This document shows positions 1 to 11,895 of a DNA stretch of 64,000 nucleotides, piece by piece; position 1 is the stretch's first letter, and each line of letters begins with the position of its first letter. Under the pieces are notes generated by a model. The model saw only the letters and a list, made by a program, of their open reading frames with translations. It had not been told where the DNA came from and searched no databases. The translations under genes were made by a program, and so were the position numbers. The stretch lies in assembly GCA_051294905.1 (NCBI GenBank), contig CM119371.1, forward strand, positions 17,734,001-17,798,000, written 5' to 3'. The DNA is from Botryllus schlosseri. Taxonomy: Eukaryota.

Positions 1-281
1 GTAGCGAGTAGTGCGGAGCATGGACCGGAGCCGGATTGGATATCCGGCCGGATTTTTACAATTTTGGCCGGACCGGATTGGAGCCGGATCACTACTTTTT
101 CTCTTACGGCCGGAGCCGGATCGGAGCTGGATCACTACTTTTTTGATCCGGCCAGAATTTTTATGGATAAGCATGACTTTTATATGGATAAGCATGACTT
201 TTATACCTATATAACTACCAACCAACCACACGTAAGTAACCTCCAAGCCAGTGTGAACATAAACGAGGCATATTTATCAAT

Positions 282-507
282 AGGCCTTTTGCAGGACTTC
301 GATCACGTGACTAGATACGCATAGCAACAACAAATTGGGTAGCAAGCTACTTTTTCGTGCACCTGACTCAATGCTAAATATCGTGTAGTATATTGTTGAT
401 TTCTAGTTGTAATCGTTTCAGAAATTAGTCGTGTAAGTGCGCAGGGGTTTAGATGTGTTAGATGTCAATAATCAACAAAGGATTTAGTTAGAGTGATTCC
501 GCCAAAA
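282..507 (+). repeat. Left TIR of ISL2EU element
   Basis: Reverse complement of 4387-4608; outer ~130 bp match exactly, inner ~95 bp imperfect. Confidence 0.9.
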
Positions 508-685
508 CACCGCAGAACTCCCTCGGTAACGTAGTCGTATTACAGAACATAACTATGATTGCATCATTCATATGTACCTACATTCATGCACATGAAGCAG
601 AGTAATTGGTATACATTGTATCGTAAGAGTGTTATCAAGCTTAACGAATACTATTTGGCTGCTGTAACGCCTGATTTTGGATAGA

Positions 686-2577
686 ATGACTGAAGCAGCT
701 GGAACTAGCCTTGGTGAGTATAGTGACTACGTAAACATATTCTACTGGATCTGATGATTTGCTTAATGCCAAAATCTTGAAACAATGTGGCTGATCACAT
801 CGAAAATATTGTTTGGCCAGAACCTGCTACCAAGTCTAAACGAACCAGTGCACGACACTGTTGCGTTCCGCAATGTTGCAATGATGGTCGTTCCAGTGCC
901 TCACTTACGTTTCATCGTTTTCCAAAGGATCCGCAACTTCGATCCAAGTGGATTTGGAAAATAAGACGAGATGTTGGCGCAAACTTAATGGTAAATATAC
1001 ATAACATTGTTTACCTTTATTATTCACAGTGTTTATTTTTAACGTCGATTTTTAAGATTACAGATGGGACTAGAGTTTGCTCGGCCCATTTTTCTAAAGA
1101 AGATTTTGCACCACCTGATCGAGCTGGCCGACGCTGGCTAAAAAGGCAATCTGTTCCATCTATCTTCAAATGGTCAACCCCAGTTAATCCGAGGAGAAAG
1201 ATTGTTAGAGGCAGGCCGAGGTGGGTCTAATTAGGTTGTAGGTGAGCAAGGCGAGCAATAAGCACAATAAACATATTAGCATTATCTCAAGCAAGTAGAA
1301 GCTTCAAACGTCAAAGAGTATACTATTGCTAGATTAGAATTCAGCTCTAAACATTATTAGTGACATTGACCGATTTTTTTCGTGTCTACAGCTCTTCCAA
1401 TGGGATACGAACAGAGCAGTCTAATGCAGCGATAGAACAGTCGTCTCAACTGCAGAGAGATTTTGAGGCTGTAAAGGAAGAGAACACTGCTTTACTGCAG
1501 CAACTTAAACTTGCTCAGCGGGATGTTGAGAAAAGGGAATCTGAGATTAGTGATCTTAAAGACGCAGCCACTATAACCAGTGAAAAAATACAAGAGCTCG
1601 AAACTAGTCTTAGAATTAGTCGTTTTAGTTTGGAACGTTTCTCGAAAGACAATCATTTGATCAAATTTTATACAGGCTTCCCTACATATGAGCACTTTAC
1701 ACTATTTTTCGAGCTTGTAAAACCTACAGCGGACACTATGACATATGTGTATGCTTCTGGAGTAGGCAAATCTAGACCAGTCGTGCGCAAGCTGCAGTTG
1801 ATAGATGAGCTATTTTTATTTTGTGTTCGGATAAGGCTTGGACTTTTTGAACTTGACCTGTCCCAGCGGTTTAACATCCACACGTCTACTGTTAGTAGAA
1901 AAATCGTAACTTGGGCCAACTTTCTATATTACTTGTTAGGCAATCAGCCAATTTGACCAACAAGAGATCGCATTAATGAACTTATGCCACATAGTTTCCA
2001 AGAGCTCTATCCATCAACTAGAGTCATTATTGATTGCACTGAGCTATACGTTCAGGTCCCTTCATCAATGTTACTGCAATCACAGATGTATTCATCCTAT
2101 AAGTCGAACACAACCCTGAAGGGTTTGATTGGGATTGCTCCCCACGGAGCTATAACATTCGTATCGAGCCTTTATACTGGTTCCATATCAGACAGGGAAA
2201 TTACACGATGCAGTGGAATTTTAGAGCTTCTTGAGCCTCATGACAGTGTCATGGCAGATAAGGGGTTTGACATTCAATCTATGCTTAACAAAAGGAATGT
2301 TTCACTGAATTTACCTCCTTATCTCTGCCATCAGAACCAGTTTTCACCAGATGACATCTTGAAAACAAAGGCCATTGCTAAAATTAGAATTCACGTTGAG
2401 CGAGCAATAAGAAGGATCAAGGAATTTCACATTTTTGATTCAGATATACCATTAAACACCCTTGGTTCAGTTAATCAACTTTATACAGTGGCTTGTTTGC
2501 TTACCAATTTTCAAGGCCCATTAATTAAAGAGATAGATGATGCTGTCACTGCCGACAATATTCATCAGGATGACTAG
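686..2577 (+). pseudogene. ISL2EU transposase (THAP zinc finger + coiled coil + HTH + DDE_Tnp_4/Harbinger-like), one in-frame stop
   Basis: Predicted exons 686-713, 821-990, 1057-1220, 1392-2577, all GT-AG and phase-compatible. THAP signature CCVPQC...FHRFP...W...VCSAHF...SVPSIF; catalytic IIDCTE, MADKGF, IHVERAI. TGA at 1954-1956 sits in frame where the family usually has W (I-W-P). Confidence 0.88.
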
Positions 2578-2712
2578 CTTTGTTCACAATTACTTTCATT
2601 TGCGTTGAGCTTAATATTGTACTTATATTCGTTGAATTTTTGAATAAACATGGAAAGAAATGGAATTTATTAAGTTTTGTTCTGTATTCATTGGGTAGGC
2701 CTATTATGCAGC

Positions 2713-4204
2713 TCACAAGAAATAGTCGAAGAAAAATTTGTCAACATTATCCTTGGCAATTTGAAAAAATGCAGGATCAAACATAATCCTCTCAATGAAA
2801 AAAGTTTCGTCACTCACATAGCTAAAAAATTCGCACCAGTCAAGACCACTCAATGCTAATTGGCACTGAACTTGATAATAATAGTCATGGGTCCTTTTGA
2901 GTCTGATCGGATTGGAATCTACATCTTTTAAAATGTAAGCTACATTCCTGAAGTCGGTAGCGCCTTCTTTAACAACTTTGATCTCCAAGAGACCAAATGG
3001 ACTCAGTCCTTGTAGCTCAACGGTGCCATCAAAAACCTTGCGGTCAGGTGTGCAGCCCAACCAGGGACATTTTGGATTGATAATTAAGCCGGATGGGTAA
3101 AGATTCACTTTGTCTTTTTTTGCTTTAGAAGCATATATAAATGCAGCCCGTGATTCTAAATTCAGCCCCCTCTGCATTGGTCCTGTAATAACTCTGCGTG
3201 ATGGATTAAGGTACGTGATAAGAGTCTCAAAGTTACTTTGACGCTTTGCAACTAGTCCAAATTTACTGGCAGTAATTCTCGACTTGCGAAGCTGAGTCCA
3301 ATAACTGCTATGACTTTGTGCTCTTGTCTTTGTCTCCACATCTATGGCCACTTCTCTAGATAGACTCATTGCATATAAGTCGGCGAGCTTATCCTGCTGA
3401 AGACATAATGATATTGCATTGTTGAAGCGGATACCGGCATCGGGAAGGGGCAAATTTGGGAAGACAGTGCATGAGTAGTCATTAATCAGATATTCGGCTG
3501 ACATTTTTTGTTGGTACGAAATCACGCTGCCCTTCACCGCATGACCAAATTTAGTAGGCTTCATTTCCATTGAATCATTTAATCCAGGTGCTAGTGTTGC
3601 AGCAAGAGGCTTGGGACTTAAATCGCCATATTGATTTTGACTGAAAATTGGATAATAGGTGGCTGGCGAATACAGAGTTGATTTAATATACCGATCGTAG
3701 TTGGCTCCAGGTTGAATTTTCTTAACTAGTACGTCCCCAATTTCTTGATTGCCTATCTTCCGCTCCCTTGGAATACTCCATCGCTCCTTCATTCCAGTAC
3801 ATGTGGCGGAGTCTGGTACGCTATGCAGCCCAAGTTGTTTGCAATGTGCCAGGTAATAGAGCAATCCAACTACGTGATTGCAGTAGCCTCCTAGGCCTGC
3901 AGCGCACGAGCAGTTGCCAGAAATAGATTTTGTCGGGCCAGTTCGTTGCACCATCACTTGCAGCTGATGAGGATGCTCGTTTTTCTTCATCGAGTGGTGA
4001 CACTTAGCAGTGACAATGGCGGAGTCAACATCATGTGATACTGCAATATTGATGATAATCAAAAACCAGGAAGTATTGCAATGACCACTGAGCTTGGGCT
4101 AAGCACTGAGCTTGTTAGGTGCATGAAATTATTATTTTTGAAAAATATAACTGAATAAGAAACTGGTACTTACCTCTACCGGTTGAAGCTGATGCAACCG
4201 CCAT
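2713..4204 (-). CDS. SWIM zinc finger + YqaJ/lambda-exonuclease-like PD-(D/E)XK nuclease (ISL2EU accessory ORF)
   Basis: CSCAAGLGGYCNH (SWIM), RITASKFG, LGCTPD, LLEIK, YYYQVQCQL (YqaJ motifs). Main exon 2713-4040 is open. Probable short first exon 4174-4204 (ATG...G|GTAAGT), phase-1 compatible. Confidence 0.9.
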
Positions 4205-4386
4205 AGCTCACGATCGATGTCAATCGAAATATTGCAAAAATTAACAACTACTACTACAACAACAACAACTACTATCTACAACTATCTTACTGCTGCAAAA
4301 ATATCACTCAGTCTCCTTCAATGCCGAATTTTGTGTCATCAAATCAATGTTGGGTACGTACCAAACAACGATTAAAATATCAATTA

Positions 4387-4608
4387 TTTTAACGGAATTA
4401 TTCTAAATCCTTTGCGTAGCATTGACATTCGACACATCTGAATCCCTGCGCACTTCCAAGACTAATTTCCGAAACGTTTACAACTAGAAATCAACAATAT
4501 ACTACACGATATTTAGCATTGAGTCAGGTGCACGAAAAAGTAGCTTGCTACCCAATTTGTTGTTGCTATGCGTATCTAGTCACGTGATCGAAGTCCTGCA
4601 AAAGGCCT
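4387..4608 (-). repeat. Right TIR of ISL2EU element
   Basis: Reverse complement of 282-507. Confidence 0.9.
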
Positions 4609-7311
4609 ATTCACGGAGCCTCCGTACCGAGTAGGGCCGGATTTCTGGCCGGACTTTTTCATTTTTGGCCGGACCGGATTGGAGCCGGATCAGTACTTTT
4701 TCGGATACGGCCGGAGCCGGACCAGAGAATTGAACAACCGGATCGGAGCCGGACCAGAGAATTTGTCGATCCGCCCCGCACTAGTAGCGAGGGCAATTTA
4801 TACTAGCGAACAAAGACAATTTAAAACAGCAATCAAACAATCAAATCACTAAAATCGTACAAATACAATTAGTAGAAACATGGAATACCAAAGCACAAGG
4901 GACGAACTGATTCCTCTCTCTAAAAACGTTATCAAATAAAAGATAGTAAAAACATGCGCAATCGCAAACCATGAGCTCTGACGTTCGCTGCGTCGGAGTC
5001 GAGTTTTTCATCGCATTTTAGAGGACAAAAAGAAGACAAATTCCCAAATAAGAGGACATTTAGGCGTCCTCCGAGGACGTTTTCAATTTATTGAAAATAA
5101 AGCACAAATCCTCGTCAACGTATGCTAACCCAATGCTAAAGTTCATTAGTGTATTTCGGGATTCGACACATATTTATTGCTAAAAATGTATTTTTTGCCC
5201 ATTGTGCCTCACCCTTTCCTGCATAGATTGGTCAGTGCTTGCATAATGATTAGCACCTATTCATTCGATTTAACCACGGGTGATCAGTAGGCTGAGCCTA
5301 ATGATGAGAAGTACTTAAATAGGTTTTACACTAGTGATTAAGGATGGTTATGAGATTTGGCTACTTCTACTTCACAGTTTTAAGGCAAATCTAGGCCTGT
5401 ACATTTTACTGACTCGGGAATCGCTTATATACCGGAGTGGTAGGCTAATTAATGGCCCTCTCTGCGGCCATTCTTCAATTTGTTTTGATTTTAGACTATA
5501 CTACTAAACAGAGCTTTAGGTAAAAGTAGGTATAGAATAGGCCTACCTAGCTTTTATCTACTGCGAGATCGCTATTTCTTCTCGAATACAAATCTACAAC
5601 TTCACTTCTTTATGGGTACCAAAGAGCAACTGGGACTAGTTTGGCCACCTCTAATGATATGGTCTAAAACGATTTTATACCAGCATCTTAGCATATACTA
5701 AACCCGAACATGTCAGCCATATAATAATCACCGAAACGGTACTTCGTCAGCACCCCAATACGCTGGTCTTGGGCGCCACATAAGTTCATGAACCAATATT
5801 TTGGGGTGCTTTGCCACTAGAACCCCTTCATGGCTAACAGTAAAGCACGTCTCCCTGGTATAGGGAGTCTCGGTATACGTGTGGTAACCGCGGAGGGGGA
5901 CGTAAAAAATCATATCCAGGATAGAATTTTGTCAGTAATATTGATAGTTGCATATACTGCTATTAATTTTAGATCCTCAATCAGCTCATGTGATCAGATC
6001 TACGGCTAAGCTGAGGGAGGCGGGGACTTCAGGTAGCAAGCGTAGAACTATTCCACATCGATAGACAATTGGCAATACCGGTATAAATATTGATGGTTTC
6101 GGTCATTTTCGGCCAAGGTTTTATTTATTAACGCACGTCGCGAAGTCGCATGTTGGCCGATACTTCAGAAGTATTGGTCTGTCGTGGAGCGGTAACGGAC
6201 GGTGCTGAAACGTCTATTTTTGTTTGAAAAAATCTTTGGTGCTGAGGGTACCCATACTAAAAAGCAGACATTCAATTACGTTAAATCGAGCGAAGAAAAT
6301 TTTGAAGTTTTAGGAAATTTCCCACAAAATTCTCTATAATTGTTGCTTTGCGAAATAATTTTGGTCTCCCTGCGAGCTCGCCTCCTTCAAATTGGGGGGT
6401 TTGAGGTGAGGCAGATACGGCCCTGTAGATAACCCAACTCTGACTGTCAATAAAACAACAGCAAAGTATGGCATAAACGTGACGCAATGCAGAAGAGATA
6501 ACACATGCATTCTCAATTCCAAAGTTCTATTCGAGCATAGTTCACGTAAAGGGAGTCGGTATAATGACACAGTGCAGGAATGCCCGTGATGGAAATACGC
6601 CAACAAAGAATCAGCTTGCATAGATCTGAAACTGCTTGTCAACCAAATCGAGCTAATTCTAACACAGAGCCCGTCATGAAAGAAATGCGCAAAAGAACCA
6701 ATCATAATAAACAATAATCTAAACTAGAGATATGGCACTAACAACAACAACTCGCAGTACATACAAACAATTTGCTGTCCTGCAAATAACACCAGAGGCA
6801 GCAATAGCTTACTCAACATTCGTTGGTAAATTATATCAAGTGACAGTGACCTGATCTGAGCGAGAAGGCACTGTAACATTATGACTTGCATCTCCGAAGT
6901 TTCGATTTAGCAAATGCCTTGAAGCAGAATGGGTCCACTGCACTCAGCATGACTCTTTTGTTATAAATAACTATAACAGAGTCAAGTCCAAAGTCAGTCA
7001 CAAGTAAACGTTTTCATTTCGCCATATAATCAGAGGTCGTCGCTGTTCAGTACCGAAGTATCAGTACTTTTCCGGAGTAATCAAGTTGGTTTTGCCAACT
7101 TACAATGTCCACTGCTACTTGATCAGTTTTTAGGCCAAACGACTACGGTATTTCTAATGAAGTTTGGCTTCAAGATCCATGGATGTACTATGCATGGTTT
7201 CAACTTGAAGACACGCATTACCAGCACTCGAGACATTACTGGTAGCCCCGCTCCAAGTTGTATTAAAGTCATTGATAACTGCACCAGAATTTAGCAGCTA
7301 ACACTCATTAG

Positions 7312-7984
7312 CAGGGCGATTTTTTTTGACATGTCAAAATAAGTCAATATTTCGTCAAAATTGTAGCGTTACGTGATAAAATTTCCAAAATTGTTATCAA
7401 AGTCGAATTTTTTTTGCAGACTGCATTTAGTTTGTATTGTACAATGTACATATAGGCCTATGCACTGTTGATGAACCAAAGCCTATATAAAGGCTTTGGA
7501 TGAACTTATCGTTTGACATTATACAGCTTCAGTGTTACCAGCCAACAACTGTTGCTGTTGAAAGCTCTTTCTCCATACTTCACAAGCTACTTAGTAGAGG
7601 ACAGACACTTTCTACCCGAGAATGTAGGGAAGTCTCTTTCGTTGTACTACAACAAATTTCAATTATTTCTACTACAAGGCGTGATGTAACTACTGGAATT
7701 CTTCATAGGTCCAGATTTCGTTAAACTTAAGTTTTTTCATGTAAAAATTTGTCAGTTTTCGAGTCAAAAAAGTTTTTCAGGCCAGACTACTTCGTAAGGA
7801 CAGACAGTTCCAACCAGAATTCAAGATGAATAGTGCAATTTTACCATTATGTGGGCAAACACCTATATAATTTGCATGCATTAGGTCAAAATTTGGTAAT
7901 TTGGTTTCTTAAGGTAAAAAAAATATCAAACTTTGGATTTTTTATATAAAAATCATCCATTTTTAGTTCAAAAAAATCGCCCTA
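7312..7984 (+). mobile_element. Non-autonomous hAT element with remnant of the C-terminal dimerization motif
   Basis: Termini CAGGGCGATTTTT...AAAAAATCGCCCTA; 8-bp TSD CTCATTAG (7304-7311, 7985-7992); peptide QPTTVAVESSFSIL resembles hAT P-x-S-x-x-x-ERxFS. Confidence 0.82.
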
Positions 7985-8322
7985 CTCATTAGAATATGAA
8001 GACCTATGGTAAGTTTCAAAATAGAGCATTGACAGAGAAATTATTTGAACCCACTACATGAATGATGGAACTGAAGCGTAAGTAAACAAAACGAATTTCA
8101 ACATTCATAGATAAAGAAACAAGATATACTCTATCTCAAAACAAATGAGCAACGAAAAAGCCATATAATATTCTCCAGCATCAAGGTATGGCAGGCCGAC
8201 TGTTCGCGTTAAAAGGCAGGTACGCTATTTGCAAGGGATAACGCAACCATATCAGAAAAGCTTCTTGGAGGTATAGAACTACAATATACAATTGAATGGT
8301 GCAGCACATTTATATTGAAATG

Positions 8323-8357
8323 AACCCGAATACTTTCGGCTGACACTCGTCAGGAGT
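8323..8357 (-). ncRNA. Minimal type-I hammerhead-ribozyme-like motif (copy A)
   Basis: Minus strand ACTC-CTGACGA-GTGTCAGCC-GAAA-GTA-TTC-GGGTT: both core boxes present, NUH triplet and a stem I partner. Confidence 0.6.
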
Positions 8358-8378
8358 AATCCATATCTGTTCAAAATT

Positions 8379-8413
8379 ACCCCTGACAAGTGACAGACAA
8401 AAATATTCCGCTT
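8379..8413 (+). ncRNA. Degenerate hammerhead-like motif (copy B), inverted against copy A
   Basis: ACCC-CTGACAA-GTGACAGAC-AAAAATATTC; core positions mutated; same downstream TTCATTTCAATATGAATA tail as the other copies. Confidence 0.45.
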
Positions 8414-8517
8414 CATTTCAATATGAATACACTATTGAATTGCGATCATATCATGATGATAGTATAGTATAGAATGCTGCAAAGATAGTAGTAATATAAA
8501 AACTGCATAATCTACAC

Positions 8518-9976
8518 CAGGGGTTCTCAACCCGCGGCCCGCGGGCCGCATGCGGCCCGCAGACGTTTATTTTGCGGCCCGCGACATCTTTCCTCATTAG
8601 CGCAATTACTACTGGCGCGGTATTGTTACATGTTAATTTAGCTACTTAGCTCTCTTATCGCACCGTCTCTGTTTCGTTTAATTACTCATTCTTTGATGTG
8701 GTATGGTTTCTTGATATATGCTCGAGTTTATGTTGTTATTGCTTTGAATCGGTATTCGGCTAGACCAGTGGTTCCAAACGTGGGCGATTTTGAGAAACAA
8801 GGGGTGAAAGGAGAGAGATAGGGGGCGAAAATCGTAGAACGTCCAGTGAGAGATATTTCATTGAAACGGTCAAAAATACACATGAAGACGGCTTATTCCG
8901 CATATCACGCGAAAAAAGTCAACTCGACGGAAAGTAGACGCGGAAACCGGGTTTCCAAGCAACTATCACCTCGTAAAAATGGCCTTTTTAAAAAATTATT
9001 CCCCGATAATATGTCCTATTTCTCGGATCCATAAATATGTGGGGGGGGGGTGAAAATTTGTTTCGAGATTGATAAGGGGAGATGAGTCGAAAAAGGTTTG
9101 GAACCACTGGGCTAGACTCGGGTTAAAGAGATTCCCGTTGCGTGTTAGTCTTTAAAGACGAGTGTTTTAAACGTAAGTAACGCAAGTAATGGGAAATCAG
9201 ACGGTGGAAACTGGGTTTATAATTGTAACTCTGCGTGGAACAATGAATTTGCTTTCTCGGATATAAATCGAAAACCGATGTGTCATATATGCGAAGAACA
9301 GTTGTCGTAACGAAGCGTAGTATCTTAAAATGATATCACGACAGTTACTTCTGGAGTTATACATATCAACCGATTTTAGAAAAAAACGTTGCTAGCTAGG
9401 TGTCAAGCCCAGCAATCCATATTCCGAAGCATTGGTAAATGCCGACGACGTTACAGAGGTATCGTTCAAAATTGCATGGAATATCGCTAAAATCAAGAAA
9501 TCTTCTCATATCACTGAGAGCTCAAAGTTTGTTTGATATTCATGGTGTTTCGACTATGCATTTGTCATTTACACCAACCCGATATTCTTCATTTTGATTC
9601 CGTATTTACCGACTTGTATCTCGGCCCAAAGTGCTGAAAGTTTACCGTAATTTTATACTTGCTCGCTCACGCATCGAAGCATACACAGTTCGGTTCTCTG
9701 GTGGAAGGGTTTGAAAGTCCATATACCGAATTGGCAACGAATGCTGGAAGATACATATTCTCGCAAAAAACAGCAACTGCAAACTTACGAACGCTGTCCA
9801 TTAATGATTTAGAATGCAAAAACATTTACTAAATGCCCGTATACGACTGGTAAATAGGCTACAGTAGCCTAAATTTAATTGTAGGCCACAAATCCACGGT
9901 AATAATGTTCTGCGGCCCGCGGCGTCTTTTGCTGTTAAAATGCGGCCCGTTATACAAGGGAAGTTGAGAACCCCTG
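8518..9976 (+). mobile_element. Internally deleted hAT (Charlie/Buster-like) element
   Basis: TIRs CAGGGGTTCTCAAC...GTTGAGAACCCCTG; TSD ATCTACAC (8510-8517, 9977-9984); GCGGCCC subterminal motifs; transposase remnant TEVSFKIAWNIAK near 9453-9491. Confidence 0.9.
8766..9109. mobile_element. hAT MITE nested in 8518-9976
   Basis: TIRs CAGTGGTTCCAAAC...GTTTGGAACCACTG; TSD GGCTAGAC (8758-8765, 9110-9117). Confidence 0.9.
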
Positions 9977-10483
9977 ATCTACACGCTCACGAAGTAGTAC
10001 AGACTTCTGATGAACACAGGATGGCAAACTTCTTTCATCAAGGCGTCACATAATTACAGCCGCGAGAATAAACATGGGAACTATCGAAGAGAAACATCTG
10101 ACGATTCGAATGGTAACGTATTACACTAGAAAAAAATATTCCTGTTTAAACACATCTACCACTCTAGGAATACAATACAAAAAGTAATGTGGACACAAGA
10201 AAGAAAATAAGTCTGTCAATATGAGGCCTACAAGCAGGGCTGGGTATCGAGTGTACAAATTCAAGTAAATAAGTCAGAGTTGATTTATTCAAGTAACACA
10301 TTTATGCGCCAGGCTGGACTTAAAATGCTTCTACTATAACAATATTTCAGAGTCTATTGATCAGCCACAGTGTGGCTGCGTAGCAACATGAAATAGTCAT
10401 GGTCAAGAGTTACAAAAGCAATTTTGGCGACATGTAACCTGTGAATATGCTGCTTGTGGCCACCAAATTGATATGATACGCAC

Positions 10484-11111
10484 TACGGTTGATTGAAAAT
10501 GAAAAAATACTATTCAGATTTTTGCGGCTATTAGCTAAAATAGTCACGTTGGCTAATAAAACGTTGTGCGCAAAATTCGGCCCAACTCCAACCAGTGGAA
10601 ATGAAGTTACATGAGTTTGAAAATTTTGAATTTAAGATAAAATATTGATATTTTTTCTTTCAAATTTCACTGGCTACCCCATGAAATTATCAAGCTGCCT
10701 AAAAATGGTGTATACCAATTTTGGCTGTATTCCAAACGGTAGAAGCGAAGTTATTGTAGTTGAAAGTTTTGGATCTGAATATATACAGCATTGATGGTGG
10801 GTAAATTCCAGAATCATGAACAAAAAAACTCAAATAACTTCGCTTCTACGGGTTGCAATCGAGTCAAATTAGTTTTGCATCGTTTTCGGAAACAACGCAA
10901 CCATTTCATGGGGTAGCCAGTACAATTTGAATAAATTTTTTCCAATATTAAATATTGAATTAAAAAATTTCAAACTACTGTAGGCTGTAGCTTCACCTCT
11001 ACTGGTTGGAATTGAGCCATTTTTGGTGTACAGCGTGCTTTTTCTAGTAAACGTAACAATGTTAGCTAATAGCCCAAAAAATCTGAAAGAGGTCCTTTTT
11101 GAACAACCCTA
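10484..11111. mobile_element. Old copy of the ~620-bp palindromic MITE family (see 31156-31772)
   Basis: Ends in TTTGAACAACCCTA; arms are imperfect inverted repeats sharing TTCCAACCAGTAGAAG-like motifs with the young copy. Confidence 0.75.
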
Positions 11112-11195
11112 ATACACCACTTGAAATCCAAGTACCCAAATACTACATTTCCCCAGCCCTACCTACAAGCCATGGATGAATAATGAATCTAATTT

Positions 11196-11486
11196 CTACT
11201 CATCAGGCTCACTGTCAGGGTCGCTATCCGCATTCACAAGAAGCTTGTGCTTTTTTCGCGACATCACCACAGACACCACAATGTAAACCACGAGAATAAC
11301 GCAAATCCCGATCAATACAAACGGCAAAGAATACACCAGCCCTTCCAAGACTTCAACTTGTTTGAGGTGTTTGGCGGAGCCGTCGTCGATAAGCGCGCTT
11401 TCGTTGAGCCAAAGCAGAGGCAGAGTCGTTTCCGTGAAGCCTTGCAAGCTCGCGTGCAGGTTGGTAGGCTTTACTTGCGCGTTCAG
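11196..11486 (-). CDS. SCARB2: CD36-family scavenger receptor (LIMP-2/SCARB2-like), last coding exon
   Basis: LPLLWLNESA motif, C-terminal TM helix, stop at 11196-11198; acceptor TTTTACAG directly upstream on the minus strand; phase 0. The symbol denotes closest family resemblance, not proven orthology. Confidence 0.88.
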   Translation of the reverse strand: MNAQVKPTNLHASLQGFTETTLPLLWLNESALIDDGSAKHLKQVEVLEGLVYSLPFVLIGICVILVVYIVVSVVMSRKKHKLLVNADSDPDSEPDE

Positions 11487-11823
11487 CTGTAAAACGAAAT
11501 CATTGCTGTTAGACCACCACAGATATTATTAAGTTTCCACACCTAGCCTACCACACCGAATCAATCAATCGACAATAAATGCTTCATAAATAACAGAATC
11601 ATTCGAAAATTGGTGATAGATCTGCAGGGAGACGAAACCATCATATCAACATCCACCCTACTACAGGAGACAAATAAGTCATAATTGAATTAAAATCGAA
11701 ATGGCCTATATAGTGTAAGGTACTACTCAATAATAATGTAAAAATATTGCTCATGCCGGTGACGTCATATTTTATGATAGGTATACAATGTTCTTTCCAA
11801 TTCTCTACTAGTTGCTGACGATT

Positions 11824-11858
11824 ACCCCTGACGAGGGTCATCCGAAGATATTCGGATT
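11824..11858 (+). ncRNA. Minimal hammerhead-like motif (copy C)
   Basis: ACCC-CTGACGA-GGGTCATCC-GAAG-ATA-TTC-GGATT; stem II GGG/TCC can pair; GAAA box has one change. Confidence 0.5.
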
Positions 11859-11895
11859 CATTGCAACATCAATATAGCCATAGGCCTACGCCTAC

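Larger units (their letters stand above)
282..4608 (+). mobile_element. ISL2EU-type (PIF/Harbinger-related) DNA transposon, full length
   Basis: Long TIRs starting AGGCCTTTTGCAGGACTTCG; AT dinucleotide on both flanks (280-281, 4609-4610); convergent THAP-DDE transposase and YqaJ nuclease genes, the two-gene architecture known for ISL2EU. Confidence 0.92.
9..4783. mobile_element. Non-autonomous hAT-type element (host of the ISL2EU insertion)
   Basis: Termini TAGTGCGG...CCGCACTA; perfect 8-bp TSD GTAGCGAG at 1-8 and 4784-4791; CCGGA-rich subterminal repeats at both ends. Confidence 0.88.

Noticed and set aside
11..324. Short ORFs at the window start
   Set aside because: They translate MITE subterminal repeats and the TIR; no protein signature.
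1954..1956. Selenocysteine or alternative genetic code reading of TGA
   Set aside because: Trp is encoded by TGG elsewhere in the same element and TGA terminates other genes here; no SECIS recognised; the position corresponds to Trp, not Cys.
5120..6250. Possible DIRS/LTR-type terminal region
   Set aside because: Only a vague resemblance; no paired repeats, TSD or coding motif found.
8190..8285. Minus-strand peptide LYLQEAFLIW resembling a Penelope GIY-YIG C-terminus
   Set aside because: Too short, and it lies downstream rather than upstream of hammerhead copy A; cannot be distinguished from chance.
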